A DNA stretch of 64,000 bases from Blastocystis sp. Blastoise (Eukaryota > Protista > Bigyra: Opalinata), in NCBI GenBank assembly GCA_039096225.1, contig JBBPEB010000025.1:496001-560000 (forward strand), in the 5' to 3' direction. A model generated the notes under the pieces. The model was given only the letters and a program-made list of their open reading frames with translations, was not told the DNA's origin and did no database searches. The position numbers and the translations under genes are program-made. Positions within the stretch are counted from its first letter, which is position 1, and every line of letters starts with the position of its first letter. Shown here one piece after another: positions 49,359-61,881 of the stretch.

Positions 49359-51830
49359 ATAATGAATAAGAGTACTAATAACTGAATAGAGAGTATAGGA
49401 AGAAGAATAGAAATAGTACTAATAACACCATATACTGTACCAGAGCATAGATAATAGATGGAGAAACTAATACCATAATCAAAGCTACTATATATAGTAA
49501 AATAGAATGATATGAATATATAAACACATATCAAGATAAAGTATATACATATATATAGAAATTAATATAGAGGAAATATATATCGAAACATATACGTATA
49601 TATAAAGAGCTATAGAGACAATAGATATATATATATACTAGTAATAGTAAGTAAATAATGTAAAAAAAGATAATAATACTATAAACAACAGTGCTCATAT
49701 ATAAATAGATATAGAAACATAATATATAGATGAATATAGGTATATATTCATATAAAACAGATATATATATATATAATCATGCATATACATAAAAAAAAAA
49801 TTAATAACAATAGAAAGATAAATATAACTAACACAAAATGATATAAATAGGAAACAAGATATAATACAAATATGAAGACAATGAATATAATATATACATA
49901 AACCAAAATATGGTCCATATGACAAAGAGTAATCCAAGCCAATCAATAAGATTGAAGAGAGACACAAAGAGACAAAATCATGACTGAAGAGAAAGAAATT
50001 ACTAAAAAATAGAAACAATAATATATATATAAATCAACAAGAGGAAAGCTTATTTGAAGATAATATAATAATAATAATAGACTAGAGAGTAAATAAAACG
50101 AATAGAAAGATTTAAAAAAAAAAGGAAAAACAGAATAAAAGATATATTAATAGTAATATATATATATATACAGAACACTAGTTAACCAATTTGAAGAGAA
50201 CAGATAGGAACACATCAAACAAACAGATTCAAATAATAGAAAACAGACTATATAATAGAATAATAATAAATAATATAATAATATAAAGAAACGAAAGAAT
50301 AGCATATATATATAGAAAAGCAACTAAAAGACCAGTAATACAATAAGAAAGATAATAATAACAGATAAAAGGAAGAAAACGATATAATAACGTAATAATA
50401 GAATGAAATATATATATACCTAGAAATAGAGCCATATAATCAATCTATAGGAAAAAGGCCACAGAAAGCCACAAGAAAGAACCACCAGAGTGGAAGAAGC
50501 ACAAGAAATGCTAGATTAATAGAATAATAGATATATTAATAGATAAAAAGAAATAGATATAGCAATATATATATATATATATATATATATACCTAAACAA
50601 CATAAATAATACATCTGAAGGAAAATACCACCAATAGCATATATACAGAAAGCAAGGAATCACTATAATAGAATATATAGATAGAAATATAATATAATAA
50701 AGAAAGCAGAAGCTAAATATTAATAACAGTAAATATATACATATATATAAGAATAGAAGCAAACCAATAAGGAACCATTAAATAACCAACAGCATGAAAA
50801 CAGCAATAATAAATGCAATAAACCTATATATAAATATATTTAAACTAAAAACAATATATTATGTAGATTAATTAATATAAATGGTATAAAGCAGTATAAT
50901 ATATAATAGAAATATGTAAATATAAACAAATATACACATATAATAATAAAATTAAACATATATAAAGAAATAAATGCATAATATAATCAAAAAAAGATAT
51001 ATAGAATAGATAAAGATAAATATAATAAAGAAAATTAAATTAAATATTATATATATATACATACCTAAAACACACAAGAAATTAATTAAATCTCTCTTTA
51101 ATAGCATCAGGAGACCATAAGCTGTTCAAAGAAACCATTAGCTAACAATAGAAGAAAAGAAGCAGGAAGAATGAAGATGATCATCGTCTTGTCAATCATC
51201 TATACTATATATAAATAATATATATAAGAGAAATAAGTGATAATAAATATATTTAAACACATATATATTAATATAAACGTAAATAAGAGATAAAAAACGA
51301 ATAAAAAGAAAAGAAAAATGAATAAATAAAAACATACGGAAAAACCATCAAGAAGAAAGGAGACATCATTTGAGTGCCATAGGCAAGTCATAAGGAGCCA
51401 TACCTGTTAGAAGACCATTAATAAAAGAAGAAAAGAAGAACGTAGCCCATGATGAGTCAATTAACCCTTAGACTAGATAAAAAATGTAATAAAAACAATA
51501 TAAAATATATGTATATACCTCGTAACATATTCTCAACGCACGAGTACCAACAGGGAAGGACAAGAAACGGAGATGACCAATCAGGACAGTAGCAAGACTT
51601 TCTATATATACAAGTAATAGTAAATGGATAGTTAATATAGAATATATACCTTTCAGAACGTTTTGAACAACTTCGACAGGAATTGCGATTTTGACGATTG
51701 GAGCGACCAGAAGACCTGAAAATGAACCAGCTAGGAGATATAGAATAGATAAATGAATAACATACGGAAATAAACCAAAAAGACGACTTCTTACAGGCAC
51801 ACAAGATAAATAAAATATGAGATTTGAAAT
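49359..51830 (-). ncRNA. Putative multi-exon spliced long non-coding RNA
   Basis: GT-AG introns in this genome's style at 51731-51765, 51602-51649, 51473-51518, 51200-51337, 50824-51064, 50663-50740, 50511-50592, 50248-50419 and 50082-50171. The joined exons are U-rich, have stops in all frames and contain no long ATG ORF. Confidence 0.55.
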
Positions 51831-53649
51831 CTGTTTTTGGTGGCAATGCAGGATTAGGCCGCGTAAACGAGAATCATGTTTATTTAAAAGATCTCGTGAT
51901 TATCTTAATGAAATTCACGACTATGCGAAATTCATTTTTGATCATCTTCAGATAGTGTGTTGTTTTAAGTTTATATGTGTTTTTGAGTATAAATAATGAC
52001 TTGAGATGAAAAATGATGTGGTGAAGTTGTTTTAATTAAACTTTTAATAGAATGAAAAGTCACTGATCTGCCATAAAAGTCTTTAAAACAGAGATTTTAT
52101 TGTAATTTATGCTATAATAGAGCATTTAATAACAGAAAATGCAGTTTAACTCAGTTCAATACCACAAACTAAGACTTTTTTAAAATGACTCTTATTTATA
52201 GTTTATTATGTTATTTTTCACTCATTTAAAGCATTTATGACTCGTAGAGATAGAAATGAAACTTTTATAAAAGACAATTAATTCTGACAATTCTTTGAAA
52301 TTATGATATAGAGCATATTGATCATATACACAACCTTTAAAGCCTTATAATAGTCATAATCACTTATAATATACTCATAAATAACAACAATGACTGACAT
52401 AATTGCATTTCTTTGTTGATTCACTCTTTTATTACTTTATAGTTAAATATGACCTCATTATATAATGTTACATCACATATTGCATAGACACGACCCGGAA
52501 AAAATTTCAGAAAAAATTCTTAAAAGACACATTTTGGCGATGCAAATTTTGAAAATTGTCAAAAAGCATATTTAAAAGTCTCTATGGATTCATTATAGAA
52601 TATAGATTATATATATATCATTTATAATGCATAAAAAACAATATAAGGGTATTAAATAGCCTCTCGAAATTCATACAATTGTGTCTCATTTCGAACTTCG
52701 TTAAGAACTTTTACTATATTTTCCTCTAAACTTCTCTTTAATCCTTATATAGTATAATTAACAACATATTATTAATATAGAGTGTCTATTATATAAAAAT
52801 AACTCAAGATAAGTCGAAAATTCGACTAGTCATTTTACGATTATGGCGAAATTTCGGACTTTGAGATGTTTTTCTGAGTTTATAGGGGTCCAGGAATGCT
52901 GCTATGGGGTCAAAACATGCAAAATGCAATTTAGTAGAAATTATTTTTTTGAAAACCCAGAAGCCCCAGAAGCTCCTACGAAAAGCATTCGTTTTTTTCG
53001 TTTTTTTCTTTGCCAAAAATGTGAGTGGGGGCTTTACTCACAGAATGGCTATTTGACTATATATTCTTAATCTAGAGACTATAAGGATGTCAAATATGTA
53101 TATATTAATTGAATCAAAAATCATTTATAATTAGATTATTATAACATGTGTTAAAAACTTGATTTGACTGTTAATTATTAATATAGAGGTCATACATATA
53201 GTTTATATACATTTATTAATAGTTTTCAATAGGTCTATAAAATCAGATGTTAATGGGGTCAATGAAAACTATTTTTGAACTTTCCTTTGGGAGTTTCTAT
53301 GTATATAGCGGGTCATATACAAGATCTTAGATGTCATTTATTTATATAAGCTGAGATCTAAAATATATGGAAAATAGCCTAACTCGTCGCAAAACGGGAA
53401 AAAAACACTCTTGGGGAAAAATATATATCTAATCACGGATATCACTCAAATAAATCTAGTTTTGAGTGAAATAACGATGACCCCTTCTAATAACTGGAAA
53501 AAACCCATAAAAATAGGTTGTTTGATTGGATTCACTTTTTCTTGATTTTCCTTTTCTTTTATGGACTGAATTTATTTTTTTTCACAAATAAAAAATATTA
53601 ACAAGAATCATTAAATTTTTGGCAATTTGTTAGCAGTTATTCATTCAAA

Positions 53650-53946
53650 ATGGTGTATGACAACGCTAGACAGAAGCTTACATTAGCTGCTATTATTGTA
53701 GTAGCCATATTATCTCTTGCATGTCCTGATTACTGGATACAAATTGCTACCATCAATATTATGATTATTTCTATTCATATCTGCGATATCCTCTTTTTAG
53801 ATCCTAATGGATTTCAATATGAACCTATTTACGAAGTATATACATTGTATAGATCATAAATTGTCTCATTTCCTTATATTTGTATTATTTGATTCATTTA
53901 TTATACTATTTAGGATTGGGCAAGAAAGAATGAAGGTCCTTATTAA
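53650..53946 (+). CDS. 72-aa two-TM membrane microprotein, 2 exons
   Basis: Exons 53650-53835 and 53914-53946 give MVYDNARQKLTLAAIIVVAILSLACPDYWIQIATINIMIISIHICDILFLDPNGFQYEPIYE/DWARKNEGPY*. Confidence 0.7.
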
Positions 53947-54559
53947 ATGAGATACTCAAGGTCTCTTCTATCTATTTTATAAATCAATCATTATCATATG
54001 ATAAGTGTATATTATCTTATTTCATAGTTGAATGTATCAAATAGTTACTTGTTTTGTTTGCCTTTTATTTCTCTACATGTATTGTGTTTCTTATACTTAT
54101 TGTCAACTCATTTATAAAATAAATTTATTTTAGTTAAAACATTATAAGAACTGAGAATTAACTACAGTTTTTACTCAAGTGTCTTTATAAAAGTATATAT
54201 AGGTTTATAATGAATTATCGTTAAAAATGTTATATTAAAACAAAAATATATTTGTTTAATTGCTATATAGACGACCTATAATAAGTCAATATTATTCATA
54301 TTGTTAAGAAATGATCAATTTCAAAAGTATAGAATAAATATCAAATAAAACAGGATAAGGAATACTTTGAATTATTTATACTGACGGGTAGCAGTATAAG
54401 AATTCTATTCTATATATCATTCTTCATAATTCATCATGTGAATATATATTATGACTCAATGAATAAAGAATCAAAATAGATTAAATAATACTCTTAACTT
54501 TTATTAATTTGTGATATATATAGATAAAACAATAATATTATTCATCATAATTCTATATG

Positions 54560-55214
54560 TATTATATTTTCTTCCATTAATAAATAAAGAAACTTCATCG
54601 TTTTCTTCATATTTCTTCTTTTTAATATCTCTTCTTATCCTACAATTTAGTAATTCTACAAGAAGAGATCAATTACAAAATTCAATTAAATCTAATAATT
54701 CTAATTGTTCTTCATAACAAAAAGAATCAAAATATACTTTCTTTCCATTCAAATAATCTAATAAATAATAAATAAATGCATCATTTCCTCTATAATCAAG
54801 ATATATAGATCCATCATTTGTTCTATATTCTTCACCACGTTGTTCTTCAATAAAAGAACCTCTTAAAGAATCTAAAACTGATTTCGATATTTGAAATATA
54901 GGACCATTATTCTTAAATTGAATCAAATCCATATCACTATCATTATTATTATTCATATTTATATTCATATCTACATTATTATAACTTTCATAAACACATT
55001 TCTTTTCAAACTCATTATTTTCACCTTCTTTTTCTATACAATCATCTCTAATATTCTTTATAATTCTATTAATCGATATTAAAGAATGTATTCCAAGATT
55101 CATTACTGATCCAAATACATTAACTACATCTTTCATCAATTTTTCATGTACATTGATATCCTCCTTCAATCTATTAAATCTATCAATATCAAATAAAGCC
55201 TTTTCTTTTACCAT
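54560..55214 (-). pseudogene. Truncated paralogue of the BTB-TLDc gene at 25323-26970
   Basis: Near-identical N-terminal ~180 codons (MVKEKALFDIDRFNRLKEDINV...). An in-frame TGA at 54669-54671 replaces the paralogue's TTA. Homology fades after EVSLFING and the TLDc domain is absent. Confidence 0.85.
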
Positions 55215-56657
55215 TCCTTTAGATAACAAAAAAATGAAATATTGAAAGAAAGAAACACTAAATTTCACATTTATTTTCTAAATTAATTTATAAGCTATTG
55301 TTTCATTAATAGAACATAATAATGATGAATAAAAATTAATTATGTATATTTGTTCATAATAGGCATTAACCTGTATGAAAACAATACATATTATATACGT
55401 ATTTTATTTCAATTCAATAGAGAGTTGGTGAATAAGAAGATTTACTTGTATATATATATACACTACATTTATAGAAAGAAATATATACATACTTATATAA
55501 ATGAAATATGTATTGTATGAAGATGGTGTATTCAATTATTATTCGCAGATAATCATATTATTGTTTTTCTTATTTGTAGCACTCTCTTTGAATTCGATTA
55601 TTGTTATAATAAACGTTTTATACTTGGATTTATTATTTATTTATCAGTACATCTAATTAATTGCTTATTTAATTCGTTAAATCATACATTCTCAATAATT
55701 CTTCAAAATATCAAAAAAAAAAGGAATATCCTTCAAAGGCAATGAGCATGTAACTAATGAATTAAAACCAAAACTAATCTTTCGTTTCCCATTTAATTCA
55801 CTTTCATAGAATAATTTTATTTATATGCATCCATTCCTTTATAATGATGTATATAGAGTTCAATGAATAAAAAATATCCTTTTTCTATATATATATAATA
55901 CATTTATATATAGAAACTTCTCTTGTTATTCGTTCTCTTCAACAAATCTCATGTATATAAATAGATTAAGTCTCAATCTACATAACTATATATATTGAAT
56001 GGTATCTAATTGTTTTATTTTATAGCCAAAAAATATGAAATTAACCTATTTCAATTATTTTGTGTTTCAGTCTGCCTCCTTTTCATTATTCAGTATATCA
56101 TATCAAGATAAGGATGATCAGTGAAGCTTCAGTTCTTCTATGAAGAAAAAACAAATACTACAAGCATTTCATGAAGGATTTCTTTTTAGTACTTTTTCTC
56201 TTTTTGGTTTTTCTGCCTTTAGTACTTTTCAGATATGGGGCAAGTTTATATATCAATTAATTGGTATAATTCTGTAAAATGTATATGAAAAGAAAATAAA
56301 ACAAATGAAAATAAAAATGGCGTTTCATGGAATGAGTCACATTAGGATCCAGATTGGTCAAATCTATGTTATATGTATTTGTCAAGAAAAGAAAAATGAA
56401 GCAAGAAATATAATTATTTGTTGGCTTTCAATTTATAACATGCGAATAATATATATTTATTAAAAAAACTATTGAAGAAAAATGTTTCTCCTTTTACTGT
56501 TCAAAAAGGGGGTTTACTAAAATTTAAATAGTTGCTCTATTTCTTTAATGGAAGATTACTACAGACTCATGGCTTATATTTATTTTTATTTACATAATTT
56601 TATTCGTTGATATATACCTTTATATAAATAAATAAGTTCTAGTACTCTAATACGATA

Positions 56658-58534
56658 ATGGCAGTTTCTAAAAAGCATTTCATGTTCATGTTGATTGCTT
56701 CTTTCTGTTCAATGATTACACAAGGTCTATTGGATAACGTGAAGTCAGTCACATTACCTCTATTACAAACAGAGTTTCAAGCTTCTGATGATCAGTATGG
56801 TATCTTGGCTTCTATGGTGAATTTAGGATATGTACTATTTGCTTTCGCTTCATCATATGTCGTACGTCCATGGGGATTTAAAGCTACAATGATTGTAGCA
56901 ATGACAGGTGGAGCTTTAAGTTGTATTATGATGGCTTATGTTCCTTCTTTTTCTTGGGCTATTGTTTTTCAGTTGATTGGTGGAATAGGATTAGGAGCTA
57001 CTGATCTGCCTCCTGATATCCTAGGAACATTAATTTTTGGAAATAAAATGGCATTTTATATGACTCTTCTGAATGCATTTTATGGTGTTGGTGGTTTATT
57101 TAGTCCATTCTTAGCTACTTATTCTGTCAACTGGTATCCTTATGGTTATAAATCCATTTATTTATATACAATGGTTCCAATTATTCTGATGATTATCTAT
57201 GTGATGTGTGTTCCTTTTGCTGTAAATAATATGGACAGTGTAGATAAAGAAAGTGAAGATATTGAAAAGAAACAATCTCATAGAAATTCTTCAATAAACT
57301 CCCTTGATCATCGATCAAGTATAGACTCAATTGATACAAAGAAAAAAATAAGCGATTCAGATATTCATAATGATCAGACTGTAGTTGGCGAAGATTCAGG
57401 TAATATATATTTAGTATATTTATTGTGTTTATATGTTTATTATTTATTGATATAATAATTTATATACTATTGTATTTTATATATTAAAATATTATAAATA
57501 TATATTTATTGTTATAAGCATATTATAATTTATTTATTATTTTCTGCTGCTATTTCTCTTCCTTTAACATATAATAAACATAATAATAATAATAATAACA
57601 TATATATATAGATTCTGCTTCATCTCCTGTATCTATTGGAAATCCTACAATAACACAACAAGAGATTTTATCTTCTAATCCTTCTGATAATGCTATTATT
57701 CATATAACCGATAATACTATAGTTCATGACTCGAATATAATAAAGAATTCACAATTAGAAGAGGATAATGTATTATATATGCCTCGTTGTTTATCTCCTT
57801 CTATTGATGAAACTTCTATAAAAAATGATATAAACACAAATTCAAATCCTTCTTCAAGAAAGCAATCCATACAATCATATACATCTCAAACACAAACAAT
57901 TATCCACGAATCATGGTTTAGAAAGTTAAAGAAACATCCAATGGTTGATGCCCTTTGTACTCCTACTATGTATTTATTTTCAATTACATTAACAATGACA
58001 ACTATGGTTGAAAGAGCTAATATAAATTGGTCTACTATATATATAGATAAAGTTTTAGGATTAGATCCGGTTCAAGTAGGTGGTCTCTTTAATAGTTTAT
58101 TCTTTATGTTATATACTATAGTACGTTTTTTTGGAGGATATATAACAGATAAATTAGGAAATTTACCTACAATGTATGGATGCTTAATTATTACTATTCT
58201 GATGTTACTGATTGGTTATTTTACAGAAGTTGTAGGATTATGGATTATTTGTGCTTCTAGTATATTTATATGTTTATTTTGGCCAACGATGATATGCTTA
58301 GCAAATGAATATTTTGAAGAGAAAGGACCAACTATAGTTAGTGTAATGTTACCTTTTCAATCTGTTCTTTCAGCAGTATTTCAGCCATTCTTAGGATGGA
58401 TGAATGGAGAGTTTGGTCCTGCTTCTGCTTTTCGATTTACTATTGTTTTTGGTATTTTAGCTTTATTATTACTTATTTGGGATACATTATTAATTGTTAA
58501 AAAAAGAAAACTATCTAAAATAATTGCTATTTAA
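56658..58534 (+). CDS. Major facilitator superfamily transporter (FucP/TsgA/MFSD4-like), 2 exons, long central loop
   Basis: Two hydrophobic 6-TM halves; motifs LLNAFYGVGGLFSP, ERANINWSTIY and RFFGGYITDKLG. Intron 57400-57611 keeps the frame. Confidence 0.88.
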
Positions 58535-58950
58535 TCAATCATCATATTATTGTTATTGTTATTCTTTGTATATTCTCTATATACTTATTTTTGTCATAAT
58601 TAATATTATTTATATATGTTTGCATCCTATACATGTTTAGTTAGTTGTTTTTTTTTGTTGTTTCTTCAACATAAATCATAATTATTGGTGACACTAGTTG
58701 TGGTTGTTCTTTAATATTTCTTTTTATTGAATATTATATTTGGTAACAAAAATCAAAAATAGAAAATAAATATATTGACTTCAATAATCAAATAGATAAT
58801 ATAATTTTGAATAAAAATTAGTAAACATCTATTAGGAAAGATTTAAAAAAGTGAATAAGAAATCAGACATAAAAAAAAAAAAAGAAAACTAAGTATTTAT
58901 TAATAAAATAAAGAATCTATTCTATTTAAAATAAATTTCTATTTATAATT

Positions 58951-60676
58951 CTATTGAGACACTGGCTGTTCAGTAACTACTATTTTTTCTTCTTCTAATA
59001 AGGATACTTTTGTATCTATATTTATATTATTTTTAATTTTAATATATATATATATATAATAAAAAATTAAAAAAAATAATAATAAAAAATAAAAAAATAT
59101 TAAAATAAAATAATTGACATACCATCATCTACTTTCTTTTGAATTTCTTCAATAGGTCCATAGATAACATCAGTAGCATTCATTCTCCAATTCTTTTGAC
59201 CTGCAAAAGTAGCTAAAGCTAAGCCTAAAATCCATTCTACAGAATATTTAAAATGAATCTTTTCCCAACCATAAGCAATACCTAATATATACGTATATAT
59301 AGTTATTTTATACAAGTATATAATGTTATATAATTTATATAATAATTATAAATATAACTATAAATATAACAATGAAAACAATAAATATGACAATGAAAAC
59401 AATAAATATAATATAAAAATCAATAAATATAATATAAATATAACAATAAATATAACAATAAATTATAAACATAATATAAACATAAATAAAATAATAAAAA
59501 TAAAAAAATTACAATAAAATAATATAATATACAGAACCAAATAATTAAATCGATAATAACAAAAGAAGCACAAGGAATAACACCCCATAAGAAATGAGCA
59601 TCATCACCATGAACACAAGGAGCACCAAAGAATATTCTAAAGAATAATTGAATTTGACGACCAACAAAAGGACATAAACAGAAAGCAGTTAAACTAATCA
59701 TAGATAAACGACGAAGATAAGTAGTACGTTTTCTAGAAGCTAATAATTTAATATCTTTTCTATTACCATCACAGAAATAACAATGCCAACTAATAATTTG
59801 AGTTTCTAAACCCATACATAATATTTGACCAGGTAAAGGAACATCTTCATCAACTATATGTTCTAACCAAGAACCATCTATAAGTGCCCAAATAACAAAA
59901 GTAGATACACATAGTATAGTTAATCCACAATTATACCATAATAATCCTTTTATATTCCATTTACTTTTATAAATAATAGCAAATATACAACCTAAAATAA
60001 CAAAAGCAAATGTTTGAGATAATTTAAAACGACCAATAGCAATTTTACCACAAAGTACTTCAAATAAAGAAATATTATGTTCATGGAAAAAATCAACTAA
60101 AAATGAAAAACCTTCAGTTACCCAAGGTGATATACCAAGAGAAATAGCAACAAAAACACTAAGAACAATAATTTGTACAAGAGGCTTTTTTATTTTACAA
60201 AGATAAAGAAGATAAATAATAATTGGAGAAAGGAAACAACTCCAACCTATAGAATCTAAAGTAGTAGCATCATTAGAAATAGGAAATGAGGGGAAGACAA
60301 TTTCATGCTTTAAGAATATATCATATTGTTCATTTAAAATAGTCCAAAAGATAATTTCCATAATCTTTAAAAGAATACAAAATAAGAGCTTGTTGACAAT
60401 ATAAGGAAGAACTCTATTATATTGCTCTTTTTCACACATACTCATAACTGAAAAAGAAGTAGTCATAGCAGTCATAACGGTGAAAATAGTACCAAAGAGA
60501 CCAAGAATAACAAAAGGATATATCAAGATATAAAGAACCCAATTTGGAATAAGATCTAATAAAGAATAGAAAACTTTACCATCATTTTCAGCTAAGTTAT
60601 TTGTAATAGCATGGACCAATATCATAATAAGGATACCAGTACCTTTAGTCATATCAATACCACTAAGACGAGGCAT
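58951..60676 (-). CDS. DUF1624/HGSNAT-like membrane-bound acyltransferase, 3 exons
   Basis: N-terminal RLSGIDMTKGTGILIMILVHA matches the RxxxxDxxRGxxxxxMxxxH/N motif. About 10 TMs; late motif LSMISLTAF. Introns at 59282-59532 and ~59016-59122; stop TAG at 58951. Confidence 0.65.
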
Positions 60677-61881
60677 TTTCTTTAACTTTTTATTTAATGA
60701 AAAGATAGAAATAAAAAGAAAATTAAAAAGAAAAGAATAATTTTATATGATTGCCTAGAAATGAAATTCTGGGAAAAAACATTATTTAAACAACTAATTT
60801 ATTATAAACATGATTATTGAATGAATATCTATAGAGAAAGGAAAAACTTCCATGATTTTTTTAACACTGAATAAGAATTAATTCAAACATCTATGATTTG
60901 AATTAACATTTTTATGTTACATCAATTTTTGTGGTTCATTTCTATAAATGACGTCTTTAGGTAATTATTGATGACGTAATTCCCCGAGTTCGAATCGAAT
61001 GAAAGGTTGAATTGAAAAAAGAAATCGAATCACTATAGAATTCGATAAACAAAAAGCCTGTTTTTTTGTTTGTTTGAAAAGAGATGATGAATATTCTTGT
61101 ATTGATCTTAAGAAAGATGTTTATTTTCTTTATTAGCTGTTGCAAGTATAAAGATCAGTTTAGATTTTTTATAAAACCGATTTTTACCATTAATTTCATT
61201 TCAAATATATTTCTTTTGTGCAAGCAACAGTGAAATGTATGCCACTTAGGAATTTGAATATTAAAATTTGCTAATTTGGCAGTTTTTTTTATTAAGAAAG
61301 AATAAATAAAAATTTTGGTTGTAAATAATCCACAAAACATATAAATAGTAGAGTTCAAAGAACAAAGTATATATCACGATATAAAATGATATGTGAATAG
61401 ATAAGAATAGAACAATATATTCTAAAATTAAAAAAATATATACATATATGATAAATAGAAATATATATCCTGAAAGCCATATAATTAAAAAAAAAAGTAA
61501 TAAAAGGAAAAAAAGTTAAAAATAAATATATATTATAATGTATGGGAAGAATATATATTTTTTAGTTATAAATGTTTATTCAGCGATTATATTTATATAA
61601 AAAATAAACATGTTAAAGAATATAAAACAAAATAGTATAAAAAATAGAATTTATATTCATATTGAATATATACATATAGAATATATAAATGTAAAAAAAA
61701 TATAAATATATAATATAAATACATAAATATAGAATAACCTAGATAATTTCATAGTATGAACAGTTTAGATAATATATGAATATAATATATATTATAACCC
61801 CAAATAAAGAATAGTATAGTAACAAATAGTACAATAATCATAAATGATTTATAAAATTATATATATATATATATATATTAT

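Noticed and set aside
49359-49480. MALAT1-type U-rich/A-rich triple helix upstream of the cloverleaf
   Set aside because: No A-rich tract precedes the acceptor stem, so it is not claimed.
51461-51472. TTAACCCTTAG as a telomerase RNA template
   Set aside because: Single short match, the telomere repeat of this organism is unknown to me, and it lies on the strand opposite the inferred transcript.
51457-51846. 129-aa and 110-aa ORFs as protein genes
   Set aside because: They have non-ATG starts, run through evident introns, and the spliced frames terminate early.
52804-53070. Two overlapping 70-75-aa ORFs
   Set aside because: No recognisable motifs or typical codon bias; likely chance ORFs in a locally GC-richer regulatory region.
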